Shown here piece by piece: positions 8,890 through 18,012 of a stretch of DNA of 32,000 nt. Source of the stretch: Candidatus Pacearchaeota archaeon (GTDB taxonomy: Archaea > Nanobdellota > Nanobdellia > Pacearchaeales > UBA284); the NCBI GenBank assembly GCA_026016245.1, contig CP061211.1, positions 360,001 through 392,000 on the forward strand. The letters run 5' to 3'. A program made the position numbers and the translations under genes. Numbering within the stretch: position 1 is the first letter of the stretch; every line of letters begins with the position of its first letter. Under the pieces are notes generated by a model. It saw only the letters and a program-made list of their open reading frames with translations, made no database searches and was not told the origin of the DNA.

Positions 8890-10221
8890 TCAAATTAAGT
8901 TTAATTTTTGACCATTCTGCAGGATATGAACATTTTTTCCTACTCTATAACCCATCTCTGTTGCCAATTCTGCAAGAGCACTTAATTTTGGTAAGTCAGC
9001 ATGTGCGGGAATTACATGTCGTGGTTGTAACATATCAATCATATCCCTTATATCCTCTCTACCACAATGCCCGCTGACATGAACATCTGTAAAAATTCTA
9101 ACTCCCCTGGCTTTTAATTTCTTTTCCAGCTGTTTTCTATTAGCTACATTTATAGGATTAGGAATTATGCTAGAGGAAAATATAACATGGTCTCTTGATA
9201 AGAATTTGAAAGGTAACACCCCTCTAACCATCCTGTCAAGTATCGAGCCTGGTTCACCTTGATGACCTGTACAAACAAGCATATATTTTGTCCTGTCTTT
9301 AGAAACTTTTTTCAGTGCTCTCTCAACTTGTGTTCTATAACTAAGAAGCTTGATATCTTTCATAAAAGGAACTAGCTTAACTCTTGAAGCAGCTGAAACA
9401 TATCTATGTAAAGACCTGCCTAAAAACAATATTCTTCGGCCAAGTTGTTTTCCACAATCAACAATACTCTTAAGTCTAGCAATATGGCTCGAAAAAGTTG
9501 TTACAATGATACAAGCATCCTGGTTAGCAGTAGTGAGCAAAACATCTTCTAGCAATCCTCTAGCAATCTTCTCACTAGGAGTTTTTCTTTCATGATCAGC
9601 ATAAACAGAATCTATAATCAGAGCAAGAATTCCCTCATTAGCAAGCTCTTTAAGTCTTTTGTAGTTTGGTTTTTTTCCTAAGATTGGAGAATTGTCAAAT
9701 TTAAAGTCATTAGCATAAACTATAGCCCCTTTTGGAGTGTGCAAAACTATGAGAGCTGTCTGTAAAGTTGAATGTGTTATATTAATAAATTCAATCTTGT
9801 GATCTTTCTTGCCTCTTACTGTAAAAGAAGAATTAGGAGTCACTGCCCTTATTTTATTTGTAAATTTAGCTTCCCTATCACGAATCAAGGATTTTAGAAC
9901 TTCTACGGTGAAAGGAGTAGCTATAACCTCTGCTTTATAACGGTGAGCAGTATAAGGAACAGCCCCGACATGATCAAGATGAGCATGACTAACAAGAATT
10001 GCCCTAACTTTATTTTGTATATCTTTCAAAACAAGATCATTAGGAATAGCATCTATCTGCCTCAGCTTTTTTTCTGTATAAGGAGTCTTCTTGTCTTCTA
10101 TTTCAACTATCGGCGGTAAATATAGGCCAGAATCAAAAATAAAAGCATCATCTCCAATCTCAATAGCTGTCATATTCTTTCCTATTTCACTATAGCCACC
10201 AACTGCATGTAATTTTATCAT
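8890..10221 (-). CDS. rnj: Ribonuclease J family protein (metallo-beta-lactamase / beta-CASP)
   Basis: 443 aa. VGGYSEIGKNMTAIEIGDDAFIFDSG, VSHAHLDHVGAVPY, CTGHQGEPGSILDRMVRG, HVSGHCGREDIRDMI, HVIPAHADLPKL. Confidence 0.85.
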   Translation of the reverse strand: MIKLHAVGGYSEIGKNMTAIEIGDDAFIFDSGLYLPPIVEIEDKKTPYTEKKLRQIDAIPNDLVLKDIQNKVRAILVSHAHLDHVGAVPYTAHRYKAEVIATPFTVEVLKSLIRDREAKFTNKIRAVTPNSSFTVRGKKDHKIEFINITHSTLQTALIVLHTPKGAIVYANDFKFDNSPILGKKPNYKRLKELANEGILALIIDSVYADHERKTPSEKIARGLLEDVLLTTANQDACIIVTTFSSHIARLKSIVDCGKQLGRRILFLGRSLHRYVSAASRVKLVPFMKDIKLLSYRTQVERALKKVSKDRTKYMLVCTGHQGEPGSILDRMVRGVLPFKFLSRDHVIFSSSIIPNPINVANRKQLEKKLKARGVRIFTDVHVSGHCGREDIRDMIDMLQPRHVIPAHADLPKLSALAELATEMGYRVGKNVHILQNGQKLNLI

Positions 10222-10355
10222 TTTTTCTTTTTAATAAAATAAGAAGAGAAGGTTAATTTATAATCCTTCGCACAAGAACAAAAAAATATATTTTGTTACT
10301 TAAAAGTAGCACAAAAGGAAAGATTTAAATAATAGTTTTTCTTTATAAAAAAACA

Positions 10356-11279
10356 ATGAATGGGAATTGGTGGAGATGGTTGGCGTTGTTTGCATTAGTA
10401 GGATGCCTCGGATGTGCGACAAAGTATGCAAAAAAACCAGAAACAATAGAAGAAGCAGATGAAATAAAAAAAGAAAAAAGAATTAATATAGATGATATTA
10501 GAATAATCAGCCCCAACTTGGCTGAAAAACTTGATCCAGAAATAAAAAAGAAAATTCAAGGTTTAGAAGAATCCGAACTTCTTAATTCTTCATCATTAGA
10601 ATTCAAAACAGATTCTGTTTCAGTTCAACTCATGAAAGATGCACATTCAGGTATCGCAACTATAGAAATTCTAAAGTTAAAGAGAAAGCCTTATAAGGAT
10701 CTTGATGAAGATAACATAAGTTTTTTGACAATACTTGGACATTATCACTACTTCCATGATGAACATGATAAAGCTTTAGAAAATTTTTATCAGGTTTTGA
10801 ATGAATGCAAAGAGAGAAAGGTTAGTATTGGGGGGATAGTTTTTAGAGAAATCGCTAAATGCTATAGAGAAAAGAAAGACTATCAGAAAGCGAATACATA
10901 CTGCTTAAGAGCATGTGAAGAGGATGAAAAATTAATTAATAGCCAAGACAAAGCAGAACAAAAAGAAGGAAAAAAAGAGCTGTGTACTGATTATCTTATA
11001 TCCTACAAAATTTTATCTTTGCAAGGAAAAGGAAAAGAAGCAGAAGAAATAAAAGAAAAATGTATTAATTTATCAAAAGAAATTGAAGAAATTAAAGGAA
11101 AAAAAATTCTCCTTTCAATTTATGCATTTGATTGGCAATTCTACAAAGATAAAAATCCAGAACTTTCAGAAGAACATAAAGTCAAAGCAGATTCTTTGTA
11201 TGAAGAAATAAGAAATGACTATGATAGAAGATTAAGAGGAATGTTTGGTTTAGACAAAGATAGCGGGAACGGAAATTAA
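10356..11279 (+). CDS. Putative lipoprotein with TPR-like helical repeats
   Basis: 307 aa. N-terminus MNGNWWRWLALFALVGCLGCATKY (lipobox-like), then HYHYFHDEHDKALENFYQVLNECKERKV...IAKCYREKKDYQKANTYCLRACEE. Confidence 0.6.
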   Translation: MNGNWWRWLALFALVGCLGCATKYAKKPETIEEADEIKKEKRINIDDIRIISPNLAEKLDPEIKKKIQGLEESELLNSSSLEFKTDSVSVQLMKDAHSGIATIEILKLKRKPYKDLDEDNISFLTILGHYHYFHDEHDKALENFYQVLNECKERKVSIGGIVFREIAKCYREKKDYQKANTYCLRACEEDEKLINSQDKAEQKEGKKELCTDYLISYKILSLQGKGKEAEEIKEKCINLSKEIEEIKGKKILLSIYAFDWQFYKDKNPELSEEHKVKADSLYEEIRNDYDRRLRGMFGLDKDSGNGN

Positions 11280-12281
11280 ATCTTTTGCTGTACTTGTATC
11301 TTTAGGTTGTATTACCTCAGAATTCTCAGACTTGATTGAAGTTCCTATATCTAAAAAAGCCATCAACGCATCACCTAAATTTTCTAGATTAAAACCTGTT
11401 CTTAGTGGACAGATATCATAATAACTTTTCTCTGAACCATCAACTAAGAACTTACCTTCAAAAATACAATAATCCCTATTTTTCTTTTTTATTAAAGTCC
11501 TTTCTTTTGTTTCAAATGCAACAGCTCTGGAAACTATGCTAAAATAAAGAGGATTTCCCTCCTTATCTTCAGGATAAAAAGCAAGATAAGCCTTAAAATC
11601 TTTATTTTTATCTGCTTCAGGAGTTATATTTCTTTGATAACTTAATTTTAAATCTGAGCTTTCTAAGAACAAATAATCATCGCTAGTTTCATGTTGTAAA
11701 CCAATAAAAGATCCTCCTTGATTAAGTAAAATCCAATTCTGATCTTTTTCAAAATTTATTTCAGCACCAGAAATAACTATTTTTTTAGAATCAATTCTGT
11801 CTATTATTCTTCCTATCCATCCTGGCTTATCTTTTTTAGTAACAGGATAGATAAGTTTTCCTCCCCCAATATATCCTGCATCATTAATCTGCAGCTCTTT
11901 TGGAGTTAAAAATTTTATTGTGCGAAATTCATAAAATAATGGGCGAAAAGCATTATTTAGAGTATTTGCTGCACGAGGACCATAATCAATAGATGCATCT
12001 TCCACAGCTTGTATACAAATAGGAAAGTTAGTATCAAAATCACCAGTATAATAGAAATAATTATCTTTGTATGCAAAGCCACATCCTTTAAGAGATGCTT
12101 TGAATCTAAAATTGACATCTATTTGTGCTGGCCAAGTTCCTGCCTTCTCAAAAGTCAACCCAAGATTTCCATTCGGTAAACCATTCGGTAAAACTTTCAT
12201 TTTAGCGAAAGCTGCACTTGCTAGACTTAGATTGAACAATAAAACTAATACTAAGAATATCAAAAGCAATTTTGATTTCAT
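11250..12281 (-). CDS. Secreted protein of unknown function
   Basis: Signal peptide MKSKLLLIFLVLVLLFNLSLASAAFA. The track start at 12299 is TTG; the ATG at 12281 follows the upstream stop with a 1-nt gap. Confidence 0.6.
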   Translation of the reverse strand: MKSKLLLIFLVLVLLFNLSLASAAFAKMKVLPNGLPNGNLGLTFEKAGTWPAQIDVNFRFKASLKGCGFAYKDNYFYYTGDFDTNFPICIQAVEDASIDYGPRAANTLNNAFRPLFYEFRTIKFLTPKELQINDAGYIGGGKLIYPVTKKDKPGWIGRIIDRIDSKKIVISGAEINFEKDQNWILLNQGGSFIGLQHETSDDYLFLESSDLKLSYQRNITPEADKNKDFKAYLAFYPEDKEGNPLYFSIVSRAVAFETKERTLIKKKNRDYCIFEGKFLVDGSEKSYYDICPLRTGFNLENLGDALMAFLDIGTSIKSENSEVIQPKDTSTAKDLISVPAIFV

Positions 12282-12282
12282 T

Positions 12283-13023
12283 TTATATCTCAACAACAAA
12301 CCTCCAAGTTATATTTTTATCATCAAACTTTATATCTTTATCTGTGATTAAAAACCATATATGCTCTGGTTCAAAAATATCTTTTGTTATTGGAACTGCT
12401 TTAATCGTAACATTATTCACTGTAGCAATTTCATCAATACAAGCCACACAAAGAGACCCTGGCTTTTTTTCATAATCTTCAACAACCTGGTCTGAAACAT
12501 CAAGTAATTTAACAACGGGAGCTTCAACACTTGTTGTAAAACTCTCTAATCTTGCTGTTGCCATACCTTTTTTAATTGTTATAGGACAATCAAACAAAAC
12601 ATCAACATTTTCTGTTATTTGTGAATTTATAGAACATTCCTCAGACATTATATCATAATCTTCTAAAGTAAAACAATCATTAATATTATCATCGAGATAT
12701 TTATCCAATTCATTAGCAACTATATCAACAGAAGGAACTAAACTCTGCTCAGCTTTCCAATAATAAGCTGTTTGTTCATCAAGGAAATTTATACTTTCAA
12801 CACCCTCAAGATTATAATAGCCAGCTTGTTTTCCTAAAAATAAAATTCCTTCCTTGGTCTTTAGCTCAAAACACTCGCCAAGATAGGATTTTACTGTTGC
12901 AACATCATTCTCACTTAATTCAACACCTGGAAAACCTCTCTGGAAGAAGATGACAAGAACAATTAAGGCCACGATAACTATTGCGATAATAATGAATAAA
13001 GTAACCTGCCCTCTTTTTTGCAT
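12283..13023 (-). CDS. Pilin-like N-terminal anchor protein of the KRGQVTLFIII type
   Basis: 246 aa. MQKRGQVTLFIIIAIVIVALIVLVIFFQRG; shares N-terminus and several internal motifs (QAGYY, D/N-x-C, D-x-PI-x-I) with the protein at 30322..31146. Confidence 0.65.
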   Translation of the reverse strand: MQKRGQVTLFIIIAIVIVALIVLVIFFQRGFPGVELSENDVATVKSYLGECFELKTKEGILFLGKQAGYYNLEGVESINFLDEQTAYYWKAEQSLVPSVDIVANELDKYLDDNINDCFTLEDYDIMSEECSINSQITENVDVLFDCPITIKKGMATARLESFTTSVEAPVVKLLDVSDQVVEDYEKKPGSLCVACIDEIATVNNVTIKAVPITKDIFEPEHIWFLITDKDIKFDDKNITWRFVVEI

Positions 13024-13098
13024 GATTCTATATGTTTTTTTAATTTAAAAAAGTTTCTTTAGAAAATTTTAAAAGCAAAAACAGCATGATTCATTAGA

Positions 13099-13172
13099 GG
13101 GAAAGTAGCTCAGCCTGGGAGAGCACGTGACTGAAGATCACGGTGTCCGGGGTTCAAATCCCCGCTTTCCCA
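13099..13172 (+). tRNA. tRNA-Phe (anticodon GAA)
   Basis: Cloverleaf: acceptor GGGAAAG/CTTTCCC + A73, anticodon arm CGTGA-CTGAAGA-TCACG, T arm CGGGG-TTCAAAT-CCCCG. No encoded CCA. Confidence 0.95.
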
Positions 13173-13184
13173 TTTAAATAAAAA

Positions 13185-13508
13185 ATGAAAAAAGAAATTG
13201 TTTTTATCTTCTTGATTTTAGGTCTGATAATGGTTAGTGGAATAAGCTGCCAAGATAAAGCGAAAATTCTTGAATCAGCATGTAGGCAAGCATGTTATCA
13301 AGCTCTTAATGAGGGAAAAGACTTGAGTGAAGGACCTTGTCTTCTTGATCCAATGCCTGAAGACAATAACTGGGTTTGTGACATTGCTCATGACCCAAGA
13401 CAGCCAGTAGATAATGAAATGCAAAATCAGTGTGATGCCTGGAATAATGGAACAGCAAAACACTTTATTGAACTAACTCCAGAATGTGAATTTATAGCAG
13501 CTTATTAA
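13185..13508 (+). CDS. Small Cys-containing secreted protein or lipoprotein, function unknown
   Basis: 107 aa. MKKEIVFIFLILGLIMVSGISCQDKAKILESACRQACYQALNEG; hydrophobic leader followed by GISC. Confidence 0.5.
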   Translation: MKKEIVFIFLILGLIMVSGISCQDKAKILESACRQACYQALNEGKDLSEGPCLLDPMPEDNNWVCDIAHDPRQPVDNEMQNQCDAWNNGTAKHFIELTPECEFIAAY

Positions 13509-13563
13509 GAAGAAAGTTTTATAAAACTTCAAAACTTAAAAGCAATAGAATAAAAAGAGGAAA

Positions 13564-14121
13564 ATGAAAAACAAAAAAGCAGCTTTTGAGATGTCTATAA
13601 CCACTATAATTATCATAGTAATTGGTGTAGTTATGCTAATTTTTGGTATGGTGTTCGTAAGAACAATTATGTGTGGGGCTTTGAATATAGCAGCAACTAC
13701 TCTAGAAGGCGCTCAAGGAGAAATTAACAAACTTTTTGGTGAACAAGCAGGGGAAGAGGTAGTATGTATGGGCACTAAAGGTACTATGGATATAATACCA
13801 AACAGATACAATGTAGTAGGATGTGGTTTTAGCCCTGACATAAATAAGGACTTTGAATATACATTTACTATTGAAAGTGCATTTATAGTAGGCACAAATC
13901 AAGATATAAAAAATGAAGTAAAAACTTGGATTCCAGAGACATTGACAGGAACAGTAAAGGCTGGACCTGGAGAAACATCTTATGCTACTTTTGGTATACA
14001 CCCCCCAAAAGATGCTCAGCATGCAATCATAGTAATTAAGCCCACTATAAACGGTGTGGATAAAACAAAAATGAGGTTTGAAGTCAGAAGAGTTGGCTGG
14101 CTACAACAGACAGTTTGTTAA
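13564..14121 (+). CDS. Membrane-anchored pilin-like protein, function unknown
   Basis: 185 aa. MKNKKAAFEMSITTIIIIVIGVVMLIFGMVFV: charged start followed by a single N-terminal hydrophobic helix. Confidence 0.55.
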   Translation: MKNKKAAFEMSITTIIIIVIGVVMLIFGMVFVRTIMCGALNIAATTLEGAQGEINKLFGEQAGEEVVCMGTKGTMDIIPNRYNVVGCGFSPDINKDFEYTFTIESAFIVGTNQDIKNEVKTWIPETLTGTVKAGPGETSYATFGIHPPKDAQHAIIVIKPTINGVDKTKMRFEVRRVGWLQQTVC

Positions 14122-14160
14122 TAAATAAATTTTTAAGTTATTCTTTCTTTTTTAAATAAG

Positions 14161-15558
14161 ATGTTGAAACTATATAATACCCTAACAAGGAAAAAAGAGG
14201 CATTCAAGCCAATCAGAGATGGTTATGTTGGCTTGTATACTTGTGGTCCTACTGTTTATGATTATGCTCACATAGGAAATTTCAGAGCATATATAGCAAG
14301 TGATGTTCTTAAAAAATATCTTCTATATAAAGGTCTTAAAGTCAAGCATGTGATGAATCTTACTGATGTGGATGATAAAACAATAGCAAAATCACAGAAA
14401 GAAAATATTCCTATAAAACAACTGACAGATAAATACATCAAGGCTTTTTTTAAAGATCTCAAAGCCCTGAATATCTCAGAAGCAGATATTTTTCCGAGAG
14501 CAACTGAACATATTAAAGAGATGGTAGAACTTGTGAAAAAGCTTCTTGCCATAAATATTGCATACAAAAGTGAGGATGGGATTTATTATGATATTAAGAA
14601 GTTTAAGGGTTATGGAAAACTGTCGCATTTTAAAATTGGCAAGCTAAAGACAGGAGCAAGAATAAGAGCTGATTTATATGAGAAACATGAAGCAAGGGAT
14701 TTTGCTTTATGGAAATTCTGGACTAAAGAGGATGGAAATGTTTTCTGGAAAACAGAGATTGGAAAAGGTAGACCAGGATGGCATATAGAATGTTCAGCCA
14801 TGTCTATGAAATATCTTGGAGAGCATTTTGATATTCATACAGGCGGTACAGATCTAATATTTCCGCATCATGAAAACGAGATTGCTCAGAGTGAGGTTGC
14901 GACAGGAAAAAAATTCGTGAATTTTTGGATCCATAATGAATGGCTTCTTGTTGAGGGAAAAAAGATGTCAAAATCATTAGGCAATTACTATACCCTAAGA
15001 GATTTGTTAAAAAAAAGATATAATGCAAGAGCAATAAGATACTTGTTAATAACCACACATTATAGACAGCAGCTTAATTTCACATTCAAAGGATTAGAAG
15101 CAGCAAAACAAGCTATAAAGAGACTTGATGAATTCATGTTAAAATTACAGAGAACAAAAAAAGGTGAGAATGAAGCAAAAATTAAAAAATTGATAGAGAG
15201 AATAAAAGAAGATTTTGAAAAAGCTCTTGATGATGATCTTGACATAACAAAAGCCTTGGCCTCATTATTTGTTTTTGTTCGTGAAATTAATAAAGCTATG
15301 GATAAAAATAAATTAAGTGAGGAAAATGCAAGAAAAATTCATAATTTAATGCTAAAATTTAATTCTGTTCTTGGATTAGGGCTTGATAAAGTTCAAAAGA
15401 TAAGAATTCCAGAGAAAATTAAAAAATTGATGAAAGAAAGGGAAGAGGCAAGGAAAAAGAAAAATTTCAAGAAAGCAGATAAAATTAGAGAACAGATTAA
15501 AAAAGAAGGGTATATTATTGAGGATACTCTTGATGGGCCACAGATAAAGGAAATATAA
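14161..15558 (+). CDS. cysS: Cysteinyl-tRNA synthetase
   Basis: 465 aa. LYTCGPTVYDYAHIGNFRAYI, GRPGWHIECSAMSMKYLG, DIHTGGTDLIFPHHENEIAQSE, KKMSKSLGNY. Confidence 0.95.
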   Translation: MLKLYNTLTRKKEAFKPIRDGYVGLYTCGPTVYDYAHIGNFRAYIASDVLKKYLLYKGLKVKHVMNLTDVDDKTIAKSQKENIPIKQLTDKYIKAFFKDLKALNISEADIFPRATEHIKEMVELVKKLLAINIAYKSEDGIYYDIKKFKGYGKLSHFKIGKLKTGARIRADLYEKHEARDFALWKFWTKEDGNVFWKTEIGKGRPGWHIECSAMSMKYLGEHFDIHTGGTDLIFPHHENEIAQSEVATGKKFVNFWIHNEWLLVEGKKMSKSLGNYYTLRDLLKKRYNARAIRYLLITTHYRQQLNFTFKGLEAAKQAIKRLDEFMLKLQRTKKGENEAKIKKLIERIKEDFEKALDDDLDITKALASLFVFVREINKAMDKNKLSEENARKIHNLMLKFNSVLGLGLDKVQKIRIPEKIKKLMKEREEARKKKNFKKADKIREQIKKEGYIIEDTLDGPQIKEI

Positions 15559-15562
15559 CTGA

Positions 15563-16333
15563 ATGAGGTATGCTAGCACTTATTCTTACTTCATCTCCTT
15601 CTATACCAACAAAATATGTCCCTTTTTTCTGGCCATTCTCTTCAACCCCCATGAAAAAATAAGGCAATTCCCCTTGAGGAAAGAAAGTTATATAATAAGT
15701 TCTTTGTCCCTTAAAGAAGTTGAGAAAGATTTTGCAGTGGATAGTTCAGGATTTTCTACTTCAAGATTTGCAAGATGGTTTGATTATAAGTGGGGTAAGG
15801 AAAGAAAATATAAAATTTGGTTAAAGGCCCATCTAATTTCTGGAACTAAAACAAATATTGTTACAGGAGTTAAAATTACAGAAGGAAACAGAAATGATAG
15901 CCCTCAACTAAAAGGTCTTGTTAAGAAAACAGCAGAGAACTTTAATATTTCAGAAGTAAGCGGGGATAAAGCCTATTGTGGAAAAGAGAATTTTAAAGTT
16001 ATAGCAAAATGTGGTGGAATTCCTTTTATCCCTTTTAAGAAAAATGTTACAGGAAAAAGAGGAGGTTCTGATATTTGGAAAAAAATGTATCATTTCTTTA
16101 TGTATAATCAAATGGAATTTTTAGAACATTATCACAAGCGTTCAAACTCAGAAACAGTTTTTCATATGATTAAAACCAAATTTAGTGGAGAGATTAAAAG
16201 CAAAAAACAAACAGCACAAGTGAATGAATTGTTGATTAAGGTCTTGTGTCATAATATTTGCTGCGTAATCCAAGAAGTTTGTGAATTGGGTATTAAGGCA
16301 AAATTTAAATTAGAGGAACCTATTAGAATATGA
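15563..16333 (+). pseudogene. 5'-truncated IS4/IS5-like DDE transposase remnant
   Basis: Frame with FAVDSSGFSTSRFARWFDYKWG, WLKAHLISGTKTNIVTGVKITEGNRNDSPQLKGLV, EVSGDKAYCGKENF, YHKRSNSETVFHMIKTKFSG, LCHNICCVIQE. The N-terminal domain expected for this family is absent; residues before about FAVDSSGF only partly resemble it. Confidence 0.75.
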
Positions 16334-17118
16334 TGAAAAACGAAAAGAATCTCCCAATATCAACAGAATGGCTTCTTGATTCAATTGGACAAACTGGGAG
16401 AGGTTTGATTAGTGATGTTTTTATGGTTTATTGTCCAAAAACACATAGCAAGGGGACTGGATTTCTTTATAAAAGCGGATATGTAATTACAAACTGGCAT
16501 GTTATTAACGATTGTTCTGAAAAAGAGATTATTTTAATCTCAAATAAGGGGGAGGAAATAAAAGTTTTAGAATTAATTTCAGATAAAGATATTGATTTAG
16601 CAGCATTAAAGCCAGAAAAAAAATTACAAGGAGGTCTTGAAATAGACAACTCAAGCGAAATTAAACCAGGAGTTCAAATTTCAACTTGGGGTCATCCTTT
16701 AGAATATCCTGGTCCCGCACCTTTATTATCTGTTGGCTATATTTCTGGATTTAGGGACCACTATGAAACTAAAACATCACAAATGATTAAACATATTGTA
16801 GTTAATGGGGCATTTAATCCTGGAAATTCTGGTGGGCCCCTCTTTATTTCTGGAGAGAAAAAAGTAATTGGAGTAGTAGTTAGCAAGCATGCCCCTATGA
16901 ATTCTTTTCTGAATTCAGCATTGGAGGCTCTATCTAAAACAAAGGGTGGTTTTGTTTACACTGCAACAGATGGAGAAGGAAACAAGAAAGAATTCATGGA
17001 AGCCCATCTAGTTGCTGAATTATTGAAGCACCAGAGAAAATTAACTCAAGTTATGATTGGAGAAGCAATAGACCGTTCTGAATTAATAAATTTTCTCAAG
17101 AAGAATAATATTGAATAA
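16330..17118 (+). CDS. Trypsin-like (chymotrypsin-fold) serine protease, predicted cytoplasmic
   Basis: 262 aa. Catalytic triad motifs TNWHVIND (His), DIDLAAL (Asp), NPGNSGGPL (Ser). No signal peptide or TM visible. ATGA overlap with the transposase remnant stop. Confidence 0.85.
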   Translation: MMKNEKNLPISTEWLLDSIGQTGRGLISDVFMVYCPKTHSKGTGFLYKSGYVITNWHVINDCSEKEIILISNKGEEIKVLELISDKDIDLAALKPEKKLQGGLEIDNSSEIKPGVQISTWGHPLEYPGPAPLLSVGYISGFRDHYETKTSQMIKHIVVNGAFNPGNSGGPLFISGEKKVIGVVVSKHAPMNSFLNSALEALSKTKGGFVYTATDGEGNKKEFMEAHLVAELLKHQRKLTQVMIGEAIDRSELINFLKKNNIE

Positions 17119-17206
17119 GCTATCTGTTTAATAAGTCGAACGATTTAATTACTTTTTAAACAAAGCCGGGCATTAAGTTTTAAAACATTATTTTCTTTAA
17201 TTAAGT

Positions 17207-17764
17207 ATGAAATATAGATGGTTTTACACTTCAAGAAACAAGTTAGTATTGGCAGGAAAAAATGCTCAGCAAAATGAACAATTAGTTAAAAAAGCAGAGA
17301 AAAAAGCTATCATCCTGCATACTAAAGCTCCTGGAAGCCCTTTTTGCATACTAAAGGGAAAGATTACTGCGCAGGATATCAGAGAAGCTGCTATTTTTTG
17401 TGCTTGTTTTAGCCAGGGATGGAAAAAGAAGAAGAAAGAGATGGAGGTTCATGTTTTCAAAGGAGAGCAGATTTTGAAAGAGAAAAGACAGAAAGCTGGA
17501 ACTTTTAGTGTTCTCGGCAGAGTTCAGAAAGCAAGAATAAAATTACAGCTCGGAATTAAAATTCAAAAAAAGAAAATTAGGGCAGTTCCTATAATCCAAA
17601 AAACCAGATATTTAATTTTTCTTAGACCTGGAAAAATTCCTAAAGAAAAAACTGCTGGAAAAATAAAAGAAATTTTAGAAAAGAAAAGATATAAATTCAC
17701 TAGGGAAGAAATTTTACAGGCAATTCCATCAGGAGGTTTTTTAATAAAAGAAATTAAAAAATGA
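17207..17764 (+). CDS. Stand-alone NFACT-R domain protein (RqcH/NEMF C-terminal RNA-binding domain family)
   Basis: 185 aa. YRWFYTSRNKLVLAGKNAQQNEQLVKK...LHTKAPGSPFCILKG...DIREAAIFCACFSQGWKKKK. Confidence 0.8.
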   Translation: MKYRWFYTSRNKLVLAGKNAQQNEQLVKKAEKKAIILHTKAPGSPFCILKGKITAQDIREAAIFCACFSQGWKKKKKEMEVHVFKGEQILKEKRQKAGTFSVLGRVQKARIKLQLGIKIQKKKIRAVPIIQKTRYLIFLRPGKIPKEKTAGKIKEILEKKRYKFTREEILQAIPSGGFLIKEIKK

Positions 17765-18012
17765 TCATTTCTTTTCAAATAGGAAAACAAGGCCTGACAA
17801 AGAATTTTCTTGATAATCTTGAAAAAACATTTAAAAAGCACGATTTAATTAAAGTATCTGTATTAAAGACAGCAACACGAGACAAGAAAGAATTAAAGAA
17901 AATAGCTCAAGAGATATGTTCTGAGCTTAAAAAGAGAAAAAATAAAGATTTTACAGCCAAAATTGTTGGCTTTACTATGTTCATAAAAAAATGGCGAAAA
18001 TTAAGAAAATAA
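17761..18012 (+). CDS. CRM/YhbY-domain RNA-binding protein
   Basis: 83 aa. FQIGKQGLTKNFLDNLEKTFKKHDLIKVSVL...AQEICSELK...KIVGFTMFIKKW; hallmark IGKxGLT. ATGA overlap with the upstream gene. Confidence 0.75.
   Translation: MIISFQIGKQGLTKNFLDNLEKTFKKHDLIKVSVLKTATRDKKELKKIAQEICSELKKRKNKDFTAKIVGFTMFIKKWRKLRK

Noticed and set aside
15563-16333. Intact insertion sequence
   Set aside because: The reading frame lacks the upstream transposase domain and I could not identify terminal inverted repeats or target duplications, so I call it a remnant.
15563-17118. Whole protease region as a recognised anti-phage system
   Set aside because: Only one candidate effector-type gene is present with no sensor ATPase, nucleotidyltransferase, reverse transcriptase or other partner, so a defence system cannot be claimed from this sequence.
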